A DNA stretch of 63,845 nt, counting the filler, from Octopus bimaculoides (lineage: Eukaryota), in assembly GCF_001194135.2 (NCBI RefSeq). It is 7 parts of 6 records of this genome, joined end to end, with 100 filler letters (N's around TTAATTAATTAA, not from the genome) between each part and the next. Parts side by side here need not be neighbours in the genome. Positions count along the whole stretch, not along the records: positions 4,721 to 27,834 come from NC_068988.1; 6 more parts are not named here. One strand, given 5' to 3'. A program made the position numbers and the translations under genes. Shown piece by piece: positions 11,865-24,372 of this stretch. How positions within the stretch are numbered: the stretch's first letter is position 1; each line of letters opens with the position of its first letter. The notes below the pieces were generated by a model. The model did not search any database, had not been told where the DNA came from, and saw only the letters and a list, made by a program, of their open reading frames with translations.

Positions 11865-12010
11865 TGGCTAATATAGAAAGGATTGAGGGGACCAGTCGAT
11901 TAGATCGACCCCAGTCTGCAACTGGTACTGAATTTATCGACCCCGAAAGGACAGACGAAATACCTCAAGGTATATTGCCCGGCTTGCCAACGTTTCTGCC
12001 AGCTCACCGC
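11865..12010 (-). mobile_element. SINE family B (internally deleted)
   Basis: Reverse complement of family B core and head. Confidence 0.8.
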
Positions 12011-12013
12011 CTT

Positions 12014-12148
12014 CGATTCCCGGATTGGGCACTGCATCGCATTCTTCAGCAGAACACTTTATTTTACGTCACTCCAATCCACTCAACTGTAAAAGAGTAA
12101 CCCTGCGACGGACTGACGTCCCGTTCAGGCGAAATGTTGTGATCTCAG
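12014..12148 (+). mobile_element. SINE family D fragment
   Basis: TTCGATTCCCGG B-box and CCCTGCGACGGACTGACGTCCCGTTCAGG, homologous to 46482-46660. Confidence 0.65.
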
Positions 12149-12515
12149 NNNNNNNNNNNNNNNNNNNNNNNNNNNNNNNNNNNNNNNNNNNNNNNNNNNN
12201 NNNNNNNNNNNNNNNNNNNNNNNNNNNNNNNNNNNNNNNNNNNNNNNNNNNNNNNNNNNNNNNNNNNNNNNNNNNNNNNNNNNNNNNNNNNNNNNNNNNN
12301 NNNNNNNNNNNNNNNNNNNNNNNNNNNNNNNNNNNNNNNNNNNNNNNNNNNNNNNNNNNNNNNNNNNNNNNNNNNNNNNNNNNNNNNNNNNNNNNNNNNN
12401 NNNNNNNNNNNNNNNNNNNNNNNNNNNNNNNNNNNNNNNNNNNNNNNNNNNNNNNNNNNNNNNNNNNNNNNNNNNNNNNNNNNNNNNNNNNNNNNNNNNN
12501 NNNNNNNNNNNTATA

Positions 12516-12680
12516 TATATAATGGGCTTCTTTCAGTTTCCATCTACCAAATCCATTCACAAGACTTTGGTCGGCCCGGGTCTATACTAGAAGACACTTG
12601 CCCAAGGTGCCACGCAGTAGGATTGAAATCGGAACCATGTCATTGGGAAGCAAGCTTCTTATCATACATCCACGCCTATA
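12516..12680 (-). mobile_element. SINE family A 5' half
   Basis: Reverse complement of family A head and core. Confidence 0.85.
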
Positions 12681-13348
12681 GTTAGCATTATTTGTTCATC
12701 AATCTTTTCACTCGATTAATTCAACACAAAGATTGGCAGCCATGTTGCAAACGTGTAGGTATGTAAAGTTGAGAAGTTTTTGAAGAATCTTCAATTTTCA
12801 TTTGAAGCGAGAGACAGTATTGAATTTCTTCATTAATTTCTCGTGGTTCAACGAACTTAATGGAATGTCTGAAACAGGTTAGGACAGAAGCTGAATGGGA
12901 AACGATAGCCTATCGAATGGGTCGGCTGCAATTTTTAATAATATACCGAATAATTGTAACTAAACTATGTCTAGTCGATTGAGTATACTAGCAGAACTTT
13001 AGCGATTCTCTTTCATGAAATATGCATGGTTTAATGATATAGAGTGGTTCGGCTAGGAAAGATATGAAGAGGGAATCTAGAATTTGTCTGTTTCCCTATC
13101 GAATTTATATGATTGATTTCTGTCCTGCTTCTATAGACAGCTTCTTGCCGAACAGTTTTTCCGATAATAAAGAAATCATTGACTCTGTGTTACATACAAT
13201 GTCAGCCATCATTATTAATATTACAATAGAACTGCCGTCTCTAGGCGCATGCGTAGATGAGACATTGACCAGTGATGTTATCTAACTCCTTCAAAATCAT
13301 TCTAGTTATCAAAAATAATAAATCCAATTGATCCTTAACATCATTTGG

Positions 13349-13396
<48 letters not shown>

Positions 13397-14210
13397 TCAT
13401 ATATCAACTTTCATTTAATGTATTACGAGCATCGCGAATATAAAGGCGGTGCTCCAGCATGGCCGCAGCCAAATGACTGAAACAAGTGAAAGAATAAAAG
13501 AATAAAAGAATCACGTGCTGCAATAATCTTGGGGAATAAAGGAGATGATAGTCTGGTTTAAGAAATTAGAGTATTGGTTTAGATGTTTCCTATCTTGGTA
13601 CTTCAATATGCAAATTGCACCAACGTAAATATTGTCTTTCAACTTTACGAAGTCCAACAATTAAGTACCANNNNNNNNNNNNNNNNNNNNNNNNNNNNNN
13701 NNNNNNNNNNNNNNNNNNNNNNNNNNNNNNNNNNNNNNNNNNNNNNNNNNNNNNNNNNNNNNNNNNNNNNNNNNNNNNNNNNNNNNNNNNNNNNNNNNNN
13801 NNNNNNNNNNNNNNNNNNNNNNNNNNNNNNNNNNNNNNNNNNNNNNNNNNNNNNNNNNNNNNNNNNNNNNNNNNNNNNNNNNNNNNNNNNNNNNNNNNNN
13901 NNNNNNNNNNNNNNNNNNNNNNNNNNNNNNNNNNNNNNNNNNNNNNNNNNNNNNNNNNNNNNNNNNNNNNNNNNNNNNNNNNNNNNNNNNNNNNNNNNNN
14001 NNNNNNNNNNNNNNNNNNNNNNNNNNNNNNNNNNNNNNNNNNNNNNNNNNNNNNNNNNNNNNNNNNNNNNNNNNNNNNNNNNNNNNNNNNNNNNNNNNNN
14101 NNNNNNNNNNNNNNNNNNNNNNNNNNNNNNNNNNNNNNNNNNNNNNNNNNNNNNNNNNNNNNNNNNNNNNNNNNNNNNNNNNNNGTTATATTTTGTTTTG
14201 TTTTCCAAAT

Positions 14211-14615
14211 AGGCACGGGCGTCGCTGTGCGGTAAGAAGTTTGTTTCCAAATCACATGGTTCTGGGTTCAGTCCCACTGCGGGGCAGCTTGGGCCAGTAT
14301 CTTCGACCATAGCCTCGGGCCGACCAAAGTATTGTGAGTGGATTTGGTAGACGGAAACTGAAAGAAGCCCGTCGTACGTGTGTGTGTGTGCGCGCGCGCT
14401 TGTGTCTTTGAGTCTGTGTTTGTCCCCCAGCACCACCACCACCACCACTACTTGACAACTGCTGCTGAGGAGTTTATATCGTTTTAACTTAGCGGTTCGA
14501 CAAAAGGAATCGATATAAAAAATAAGAACTTACGTCGATTCATTCGACTAAAAAATTCTTTAAGGCAATGCCCCAGCATGGCCACCGTCTGATGACTGAA
14601 ACAAGTAAAATACAA
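14211..14615 (+). mobile_element. SINE family A full copy
   Basis: Head GGCACGGGCGTCGCTGTGCGGTAAG, B-box GGTTCAGTCCC, internal (TG)n, tail. Confidence 0.9.
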
Positions 14616-15154
14616 AGGATGTAATTACATCAGGGCCACCTTTGCTTATAGATCTGCTCAATACGGCTAACCTAGAGCTAACAACATATGGAGTACTCTA
14701 AATTAACCTTAGAGTAGGGCTTTGTTTCTGTTTTGTTTTGTTTTGTTTTTTCTGGTGGTGGTGGGGTTGTTTTTCCATATGAAAAAGGGAGGAAAACCTT
14801 CTAATATCGACAATTTATCTTAAGATCAGATTCAAATACAATGGGATTCAGTAACAGATAAATTGTACAGGTGGCTGTTACTCTATAAACTCAACCTGTG
14901 TGGTTTAAACCTAATATGAAATACACGGTGAACAGTTTAAACATTTCTTCTTCAAAAGTGGAGCTGACAGCCATGATTCATTTACTTGTTTAATAATGTT
15001 TTACATAAAGTACATCGGATCTGGTTTCAAAATTTGAAGTAACTGACCTAGCTGGGTGACTGGATATGCCCTGTTTGCTCTGATACATGGATAGAATCTC
15101 AGCAACATTCCAGCGATTGTACTGCCAATACATACATAATACATACATACATAC

Positions 15155-15199
<45 letters not shown>

Positions 15200-15384
15200 T
15201 ACACACATACATATATTGATACGTGTGTGTGTGGATGGATGGATGCATGCATGGATGAGTCTACGTATGTATGACAGCAGTCAACGTCCGAAAATCCTCC
15301 AGTTCTTCAAACGATATTTTCATTCGTTAAGCGCTTTAAAATACATTTTACATTTATTACTAGAGTATCAATACAGTGTGGACC

Positions 15385-15990
15385 AACAATATATGTTCCA
15401 GTTAATCCGATCAACGGAACAGCCTGCTCGTGAAATTAACGTGCAAGTGGCTGAACACTCCACAGACACGTGTACCCTTTACCATTTTTCTTTTTAAAAC
15501 TAAAACCGTGATATACAGGGGATTATAATATAAAAGATGACCGTATTGTTTTTAAATGTAGTCCAGCCGATTGTTCCACACAAGCTTCACCTCAGCAATG
15601 TCATCTTGTTATGACATCGTTCATGAACTGCATCTAAGCTTTACAAGTAGTATGGAGATAATAACACATTTGATTGGTGACTTTGATAGTCGAACACGAC
15701 TGAAATCTAATTAAACACTTATGACTGTAATTCCATCCAAATTTTGACAGATATCAATATAAGCTGGCACCCCAGCGGTCACGAGGACGAAGGTTCCAGC
15801 TGATCCGATCAAGGGAACAGTCTGCTCGTGTAATTAACGTACAAGCACACCACAGCCACGTGTATCCTTCATGTAACTCTCGGAGATATTCGGCGTGACA
15901 CAGAATGTGACAAGGCGAAATTTGAATCCAGAACGTAAAGACGGACGAAATGCCTCTCAGCGTTTTGCCCGGCATGCTAACTATTCGGCC
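15385..15990 (-). mobile_element. SINE family C fragments (15385-15485, 15770-15915) plus a family B head
   Basis: GATCCGATCAACGGAACAGCCTGCTCGTGAAATTAACGTG shared with 28110-28499. Confidence 0.75.
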
Positions 15991-16031
15991 TGCTCTCTGC
16001 CTTTGATTTATTCACTCAAAATATTAACCTA

Positions 16032-16289
16032 TTGGGTTGGTGCATAATTATTACGGCTTTTTTTTTTTTTTCAACAAATTTTATTCAACAAAAACAATAA
16101 CAACACGTAACAAAAACATTTTTAAATGATTATTCCGGAGCATATTCACCATCTACTTCAATTACTGCTTCCCATTTGCTTGGCAGACGGTCAGACTGTC
16201 ATTTAAAGATGTTTTTGTTAAATATTGTTATTGTTTTTGTTGAATAAATTTTGTTGAAAAAAAGCCGCAATAATTATGCACCAACCCAA
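16032..16289. mobile_element. Mariner-derived MITE with TA target duplication
   Basis: TIR TTGGGTTGGTGCATAATTATT at both ends, arms about 105 bp, TA at 16030-31 and 16290-91. The interior encodes the mariner C-terminus RLPSKWEAVIEVDGEYAPE* on the minus strand. Confidence 0.9.
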
Positions 16290-18348
16290 TATAACCTCAT
16301 TATAAAAATCTGATCCTTCCCAGTAGAGGTACAACTCATTTTCTGCCAGTTGAACAAACAGGAGAAACGTGAAATAAAGCCCTTTAGTCAAAGACACGAC
16401 GCGCCGTCGGGAATTGAACTCATAACCTCACGATCGTGAGCCGATTACTCTAACCGGCGGCGGCGGCGGCGATGTTCTTGGTTTTGTTGTTAAAGCCGGG
16501 TTGAAGGTACTGACAACTTGGACAATAGCCCGGGGTGTCACATGTTAAAGAGTATGACGTCATGTATTTGGGGCCCTGGCGAACAGAAAACGTGAACATG
16601 CGAAAACGACAAATACAATGAAATAAAAACAGAACAGAAAAAAATTCCTTCAATAGAGTAAAGTTCGAAATGTTACGTAGATGAGGGTAAAAATGGGAAG
16701 GTACCCCAACCGAGCAGAATGACTTGCCCTCACACACAAAAAAAAAATAAAATAAAGTATGTCAATACGGTCTCCTCTTTCCTTTCTTCCCAGTCTCTCT
16801 CCCCCCTCTCTCTCTTTCCCTCCGTGTCTTTCTCTCTCTATCAATCTATCTATCTCTTTCTTTGTCTTTCTTTCTCTCTCTCTATCTCTATCTCTGTATC
16901 TCTATCTCTCTCCCTCTAGTAATTACATGAATGAAAAGATTCGAAATATTGTTGTTGTGTTTGAATTATTCTGACGCATTTAGTTCTCCCTTGTGGTTGC
17001 AACTACTACAAATGAGATAATCGTTTCTTCATAATATTTGGATGAACTGAAACTTTCAGTTTAAAATTATACGGAAAAAGACGCACAGAATACACATTTA
17101 CTCCTTTTTATTCATTTATTTATGTCGTTAACTTATTGCGAAATTCTTAAAATATCTACTCAGTTGTAATTATGTACGATACCATTTCATTCTTTTTAGA
17201 AATCACCAGTATGACATAATGAGAAATATGTTAATTAAACATTTTATGAAATGAGATATTCCATAAAAGATGGAAATATATAGTCAGAAGGAAATTCATA
17301 GAATATGGGTGGGGAGTCTCATTTTCTTCATAAAATATGAATAGATAAGAATTGAGTTCAAATGTTTGCAAACCTTCTTTTTTTTTGTAATATAACAATT
17401 ATACCTTAAGGGCAACAAAATTCAGCTGACTCGTGATACCAGCAAACTTAAGACCAAGACTGCCGCTCCATCTCAAACATAGTATATCTAAGACTACATT
17501 ATCCAATGTGTTTCTCCTATTTTTCAAGACGATAGAGTGTACTATGAAAGTGGGAGATTTGACTGCTATTTACAGGAGATCGAGTGACATGGCCCCTCCT
17601 TGTTTGCTCGTGAAAGTAGTTACGGTGGAAGTCGTTTATTGGATTCACAGATAATATTGTCAAAAGGTTATTATCAAAATTATTGGGTCGCAATCACAAT
17701 CAGGCTATTGTGGTCCCAAAAGTATCACAATAAGTGGCTTCGGCTGTAATTCGAAACTATGTGTGAAGCGTAAAATAAGGAAGAAGGTCAAAGAAAGAAA
17801 GGGGAAAAAGAAGGAAGAAAGAGTGAAACAGGGAGAGAGAATGATGAACCAGAATGTAAGAAGGAAGGAGGACAAGAAAATATGATACATGTTAGAGGAG
17901 AAAAAGAGGATGATACATGAACAGAGAAGGGTCATGTACTGGGCTCGGTTCTCTCTCTTCCACTCTTTCTTTCTTCTTTTTCCTCTTTCTTTTCCATCAC
18001 TGCCTTCCTCTCTCCCTTTCTCTTCCTGTCTTTCTGTCTCTCTCTCACACACACACTCAGTGTCGTTTACACTAATCTTTAAAAGGGTCTTCACTGACTA
18101 ATCAGTGTCTCTTGATTCCAAGAAATGGTTGAGCAGGTGTCCAGTAGTCCCTTTCCGCCTCGCAAGCTACAAGGACCAGCCCAAAGCAACCAAAGCAGCA
18201 ATCACGAACGATTAATGGCCGGCGCAGCCCTTTTAAATATAAGAAACCTAGTCACAAGTCTTCTCCTCTATTTAAGATAATGGATTTGGATTTAAGAGAA
18301 AACACCAGAAAACACTCGAAAATACTACGAGTTTTCAAAATCGAAAAT

Positions 18349-18690
18349 AAGTTTGCCTCCCATTCACATGTTTCCAGGTTCAGTCCCACGGCATGACACC
18401 TTGGGAAAGTGCCTTCTACTATAGCCGTGGGTCGACCAAAGCCCGTGAATGGATTTGGCCGGAGGAAACTAAAAGAAGCCTATCGTGTGTGCGCGCGCGC
18501 TGTGTGTGCCTATGTTTGCCCCCGCCACCGCTTGAAAACTGGTGCTGGTATGGTTACGTCCCCGTAATTTTGCAGTAGAAGGAGCACTATGCTTTAAAAA
18601 ATAAATACTGAGGTCGATTCTTTTGACTTAAATTTTTTCAAGGTGGTGCTGCAGCATAGCCGTAGTCCAATGACCGAAACAAGGAAAGGG
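18349..18690 (+). mobile_element. SINE family A
   Basis: Colinear with other A copies. Confidence 0.85.
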
Positions 18691-18782
18691 TACCTTTAGG
18701 TGAGTGCTGCCGATATATGGTAAGGGATATATGGTATGGGTCTGGGAAGTTTTGTCCGCTGTGTAATCTCCATTAGATGCAG

Positions 18783-19150
18783 ACATGGCTGTGTGGTTAA
18801 GAAGCCAGTTTAGCAGCCAGGCAATTTCCAGTCCAATCTCTCTGCGTGGTATTTACTTTGGGCGAGTATTTGCTACTATAGTCTCGAGCCGACCAATGCT
18901 TCGTGAGTGAATTTGGTAGATAGGAACAGTTGAACTCCGTCACGTGTGTGTGTGTGTGTGTGTGTGTGTTTGTTTGTCTACCCCCATCGCTTGACAATCG
19001 GTGTTTGTTTGTTTACATTGTTGTAACTTAGCAGTTCGGCAAAAAAGGCTAATAGAATGAGTACCAGATTGTGGAATCAATATTAGGTCTATTTGTTCGA
19101 CTAAAACTTTTTAAGGCGGTGCTCCAGTATGGCTGAAACAAATGAAAGAT
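18783..19150 (+). mobile_element. SINE family A
   Basis: Colinear with other A copies, diverged. Confidence 0.8.
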
Positions 19151-19842
19151 ACTAAAAAATGCTGCTAAAGGCAATAGACAAGATGGTAATCTCGTCCTCC
19201 TATTTATGCTTTCCTCTTTTAATCAAAAGAAAGCAATTATTTATCTGCCTAAATGATTTTTCTGTCCTGCTTTCAACAATTTCATCAACGGCAAATACAG
19301 TCATGGAATATCACTGGCTATCATTTACTTGGTAAATTGAAACCGCTGAGTTACAAACAAAATCTGATTTGACGTCAGCACAAAAGAAGAAGAGAATGAA
19401 GTTACTGGAGTTTAATTTCTTTGCCGAGATGTCAGTAAAAATGAGCCTGTATGCTGTTACCTTATCATCTATCTTATTTCATTTCTGCCCAAACTTATTG
19501 CTCTCACCGTCTATCGTGTCCGCCATCTTTTTCATTCATGTCTTCACAGTTACTTCAACCTAATCGTCTTACACTTTGCTCTTTTCATTTCTTTATCGTC
19601 CTCTTTATCGAAGCTTATCTCTCTCTCTTTCTCTCTCCTTTCACTTATCTATATTTCTTTCTTATTTCTCTATTCTCTTATATTCTATTCTTCTTTTCAT
19701 TTGCTTTTGTTTTTAAGCTCTTTTATAGCTAAATATTTCCGACCCTGAATATTTCGAGTGTTTCTGTTTATACTGTTTTCTACCACTGACACAAATCCAC
19801 ACATCTCGAAGAATTGAGAACATGTTTACGTCAATCAAACTC

Positions 19843-20090
19843 CTTAGGCCTAGCCATGGCTGAATAATTAAGAAGCTCGCTTTGCACCGCATGGTTTCAA
19901 GTTCGATTCCACTGAGCGACACCCTGAGCAGACCAATGTCCTGTGAGTGAATTCGATAGAAGGAAAATTTGTGGAAACCCATCGTAATTGTGTGTGTGTG
20001 TGTGTGTCTTCACTCCAGTGAGGTCGACCCCTTTTAAGGCGTTGTTCCAGCATGGTTGCAGTTCAATGACTGAAACAAGTAAAAGACATA
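19843..20090 (+). mobile_element. SINE family A, internally deleted
   Basis: Head with GTTCGATTCC B-box; tail GACTGAAACAAGTAAAAGA. Confidence 0.8.
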
Positions 20091-20203
20091 AGAAATTGTT
20101 ATATCGGTCTTAAGAAAGAGAGAGATGTGACTGAAGCCACAAGTAAATCCAACAATTCTTCCCGACACCAATAAAAAAAAAAGGATTTTACTACCGTCTT
20201 TAA

Positions 20204-20510
20204 CCCTTAAACGGCCGGAAAAGGTTTCATGAATGTGTAAACCAAACGAGCAAAAAAAATAAATATCTTATTATCTTAAGGGTTATTTTTATAGTTATTT
20301 TCGTTTTAAATAAGTCCAAAAACTATGATAATTGTTTGTGTCTTGCACAGTAAAATTTAAAATCTCATTATCGAACAGAGCCGTAAAATATTCATTTTCT
20401 TTTTGATGATAGCCGTATGTATCCTTGTAAAATGTTTGAAATATGAATAGATGATTGATATCCGCTGTTCTCTAATGAAATATGAATTGATAATGTCCGC
20501 CGCTTAAGGG
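20204..20510. mobile_element. piggyBac-type non-autonomous element (307 bp)
   Basis: TTAA|CCCTTAAACGGCCGGA at the left end and TCCGCCGCTTAAGGG|CTAA at the right; CCCTT termini and a TTAA-like target duplication with one substitution. Confidence 0.7.
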
Positions 20511-22295
20511 CTAAAAAAGAAAGAACGCCTCAGAATTATAGTGCTAGATATACAATGTAAGCCTAACGACACGCTTGAAAATACCTTTGGCCAAACATCT
20601 GTTTCATCGAGGCTGCACTGGGACCAAACAATGACATGAATTGGCAAAGTTGTTATAACATTGGACGAAATTACTTGCAGTATTTATGTTGTCTCCTTGC
20701 GTGCAGAGTTCAAATAAATTCGAGGTGAATTTTACTTTTCATTCTTCCAAGATCAATAAATACAGTACCAGTTAAGTCGATGAACTGCCAGAATCGTTCA
20801 AGCCCATTGCATTCTGCGTTCAAATTCCACCAAGGTGTACCTGTGTGGTAACCTTAATCAGTGTTGACTTCCTGGTCATTGAGTGCATGATGTGGAGTCC
20901 ACTCTGATACAATCACTTTAAGGCTATGACTCTCTTACAGTATTTTTCTTCCTCTTCCTACCTCCCTCCCACCAATCTTGATAGTTACAATATATTAGAA
21001 GAGTAAACAGCAAATTTTTGCTGGCGTGTGCAAAGCTTGGTCGGGCTACGTCGGCAAATTTATTGTTTGTTGTTGCAATATATCAGAACAATCGTTCTGA
21101 TAGGGCTGTAAACTACAAAACTGGGTATTCGTAGCTGATGTCTGGCAACGACGCAGAAATGGATGAGTCCTATGATTTGATGACGTCGTACAATGTGTAG
21201 TTCAATGTGTTTTCATAGCTGTTGCCTAGGAGGAGATATTTCTCTTGAGACTGTTTCCGCAGCGAAAGGTCTTCCAACGTTCGAGTGTAATGAATGTGTT
21301 AAATATCATTGTGCATGCATATTTTATTAAGCACTTCTCCATGCGACTCTGTTTAGTCAATATATCATTATATAACAAAGAAGAATTATTTTACAATTAG
21401 CGGCTCATTAAAAATTAAAGCGTCATCAGTAATCAAAAAAGTTAAAGATTTTTTTTCTTAATTTGAAAAATAAAAGATAAAGAGAAGGAAGCAAGGTTGG
21501 CTGCTTGTATGACGCCTCAAAGAAAAATAATCATTTCCTCAATTTTTAACAGATAAGTTTATTGGATATTTTTTCAGCAAAATTTAGAAGTAATTATAAA
21601 ATAAATATTTTAAAAAAACTTATTACATTTGATGTCTCTAATATATCTACGTAATTTCAAATATTCCCCTTAAATGACGAAGACAAACTGCAGAGAAATT
21701 TTGAAATTCATGTAATTATAAAAATATTCATCTAAACACTAATGAAAACATAATAAAAATATTGATTATATTATTTTTATATCATATTATTATTATTATT
21801 ATCATTATTGTTGTTGTTATTGTTAGCTTAACTTCTTTGTTTCTCCCACGTCGCCTCTCTTTTTCTTCCATCTCATTACTCTCATTCTCTTTATACCTTC
21901 ATTAATAAGTTTTTCTAATCATCAAAGAAATTTTGTCACTCTCAAATCTTCCGTGTATTCTTCCTTTTATTTTCCGCTTCATTATTTCGATCTGTCAATT
22001 CTTTTCAAATTAACTCACAAGCCGTTCTCTTCCGATTTTGAGATGTAATGATTTTGTCATTATTTCCACTTGTCGTTTCTTGTTAATGTGTCATCAGCTG
22101 TGATTCTTGTTATAATGTAACTGTGATTGTTAGAGATTAAAATGAATTGTAAAAGATGTTCCATATTAGATCAATCACAGAAGATAAAGCATTAAAGCTA
22201 AGCAACAAAGATGTCTGCTGAAGTTGCAAACGTATCAGTTGCCCCGCTTCGGATCAGGCTTTTTAAATAAGGGCAATCAAAAAAAAAACACTAAC

Positions 22296-22458
22296 AAGGT
22301 GCAGGAGTGGTTGTGTGGTAAGTCGCTTGCTTACCAACCACATGGTTCAGGGTTCAGTCCCATTGCATGGGACCTTGGGTAAGTGTCTTCTACTGGAGCC
22401 TCCGACCGACCAAAGCCTTGTGAATGGGTTTGGTAGACGGAAACTGAAAGAAACCCAA
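22296..22458 (+). mobile_element. SINE family A 5' half abutting the mariner
   Basis: GGTGCAGGAGTGGTTGTGTGGTAAG head, colinear to GAAACTGAAAGAAACCC. Confidence 0.9.
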
Positions 22459-23260
22459 TCTTCTCACAGTAGATTTCCTTTGTTATCATTTGGTTTAGGT
22501 TTAAAAGTTCAAAGTGGACTAACCCTTTCATATCCCACCAAACAGATAACAACACCTTACGTGGGTGAAGACCTTGGTTAGCCTGGGATGCCGCTGTTTC
22601 TCCTTTCCCTACCCGCTGTCTTCGTTGCATGATATTTTTATAGAGAATCCATCTCTCGTCACCAGACACTATTCGATCCAAACAAGGTCCACTCATGAGA
22701 CGTGACAGCAAAGAAGAGCACACTCTCTGAGCGCGAATAGACTCGGAAAGTTTGTGAGGAACCCATTGACCCAATTGGCTGACTTTTCCGATGGCATGCA
22801 GGCTTCGATAAATGGTTGAATGACCAAATCCAAGCTTCACTGCTCGTTTCTCAACAGTTACGATGGGATTTTCTTCCACCAGGGTTTCTAGGACGTCCTC
22901 ATCGAACTCTACAGATCTTCCAGGACGAGGCTCATCTTCTAGGCTGTAGTTTCCGGCTCGGAATTTCTGTAACCACTGTTGACACTGGTTTACGCTCATT
23001 GTCCTATCCCCGTATACTGCATTAATATACCTCACACTTTCCGTTGCGTTGTTGCCTTCATTGAACTCATAGAGCAAAATATGCCGAATATGCTTCTTCG
23101 TCACTTCCATTGGAGCTTTGAAAAAATAACTGTTAAAATCGGACTGCAATGTTCAAAACTTGCGCTAAAAGTAAGGTAAAATTACTACCTGCTTTTATAG
23201 CAAGTTGATGCAAGTAGTTTATCCTGTCCCCCTCCGACTTTTAGTTCATGCAGTTGATAT
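22459..23260 (-). mobile_element. 3'-truncated mariner (DD34D-type) transposase gene
   Basis: ATG at 23110: MEVTKKHIRHILLYEF.. bipartite HTH, EDEPRPGR linker, WVPHKL motif, IVSGDERW (first catalytic Asp), HPRKVLLSVWWD. Ends before the second catalytic Asp. Confidence 0.95.
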
Positions 23261-23286
23261 ACACACACACACAGGTGTGTGTGTAT

Positions 23287-23355
<69 letters not shown>

Positions 23356-24206
23356 TTGATTGGTAGGCATATATATATTGTGTGTCTGTCTTTTTATCTG
23401 TATTTATGTGTGCGTGTGTGTATACCTATATATATATATNNNNNNNNNNTACACGCACAAATATTTTTTTTTTAATATGCGTAAGATCGAGTGAATAGGA
23501 ACGGTGACAGAGCAAAAAGAAACGAAGCGTGAAGAAAAATAGGAAGAAAGAAGAATACATTTAAAAACAACGCAGTAGTGGCGCATATAGAACAGAACTA
23601 GTAACTATATGAGAATATTCTTAGACTTCTATACGCATGCTCGCACAAATAAACACACACATACACACAGACATTCTGAGACAAAGGTATATTTGTACGC
23701 ACCACATAACTGTGTTAACTCCTCTTTTGTTGTTATTTCGCTTATTTATCCTTGTTCTGCAGTGGACGGGCGAACCGTTGAGAGACTTGAAGTAGTTGCT
23801 CGACCCGCTAGAAATAACAAAGAAATATCTTTCAAATGACACCCAACCGTCTTTAACGATAAAGAATAAAAGGAAGGTTCATTAGGTCAATAGTAATAAC
23901 CCACACTCTTGTTCAACATCACTTTTTTTATTGTTAGTCAATTGGTTAAGGACAGACCTTGAAGTGAGAGCGCATGTCATTGAAGAGGTCACGAATTGCA
24001 ACGAAAAGACTTTGACTAACAAACACCGATTGTTTAACCGTCACAAGAAAAAAAACTATTAATTAATAAGTTGGTTATTTAACCGGTTGAATAACAATAA
24101 ACAAATAATATTGAACTAGTGCACCTATCTATGTACAGGTACGCATATCTTTACTTTAGTACTTGTAAGAGGATATAAATACGTGAGCATATGGCTATAT
24201 GAGGGG

Positions 24207-24265
<59 letters not shown>

Positions 24266-24267
<2 letters not shown>

Positions 24268-24372
24268 GGCGCAGGAGTCGCTGTGTGATAGGTAACTTGC
24301 TTACCAACCACATTGTTCCGGGTTCAGTCCCACTGCGTGGCACCTTGGGCCGACCAAAGCCTTGTGAGTGGA
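24266..24372 (+). mobile_element. SINE family A head, internally deleted
   Basis: GGCGCAGGAGTCGCTGTGTGATAGG..GGTTCAGTCCCACTGCGTGGCACCTTGGGC. Confidence 0.85.

Noticed and set aside
14589-14602. CTGATGA-CT-GAAAC hammerhead-like string
   Set aside because: A point variant of the SINE A tail with no room for stem II.
18100-18280. 51-aa plus-strand ORF (MVEQVSSSPF..) with TAAT-type motifs in unique DNA
   Set aside because: No recognisable homology or splice support; cannot be told from background without conservation data.
20840-21330. Protein-like minus-strand stretches (possible LINE C-terminus or integrase)
   Set aside because: Stops in all frames and no diagnostic motif I can stand behind.
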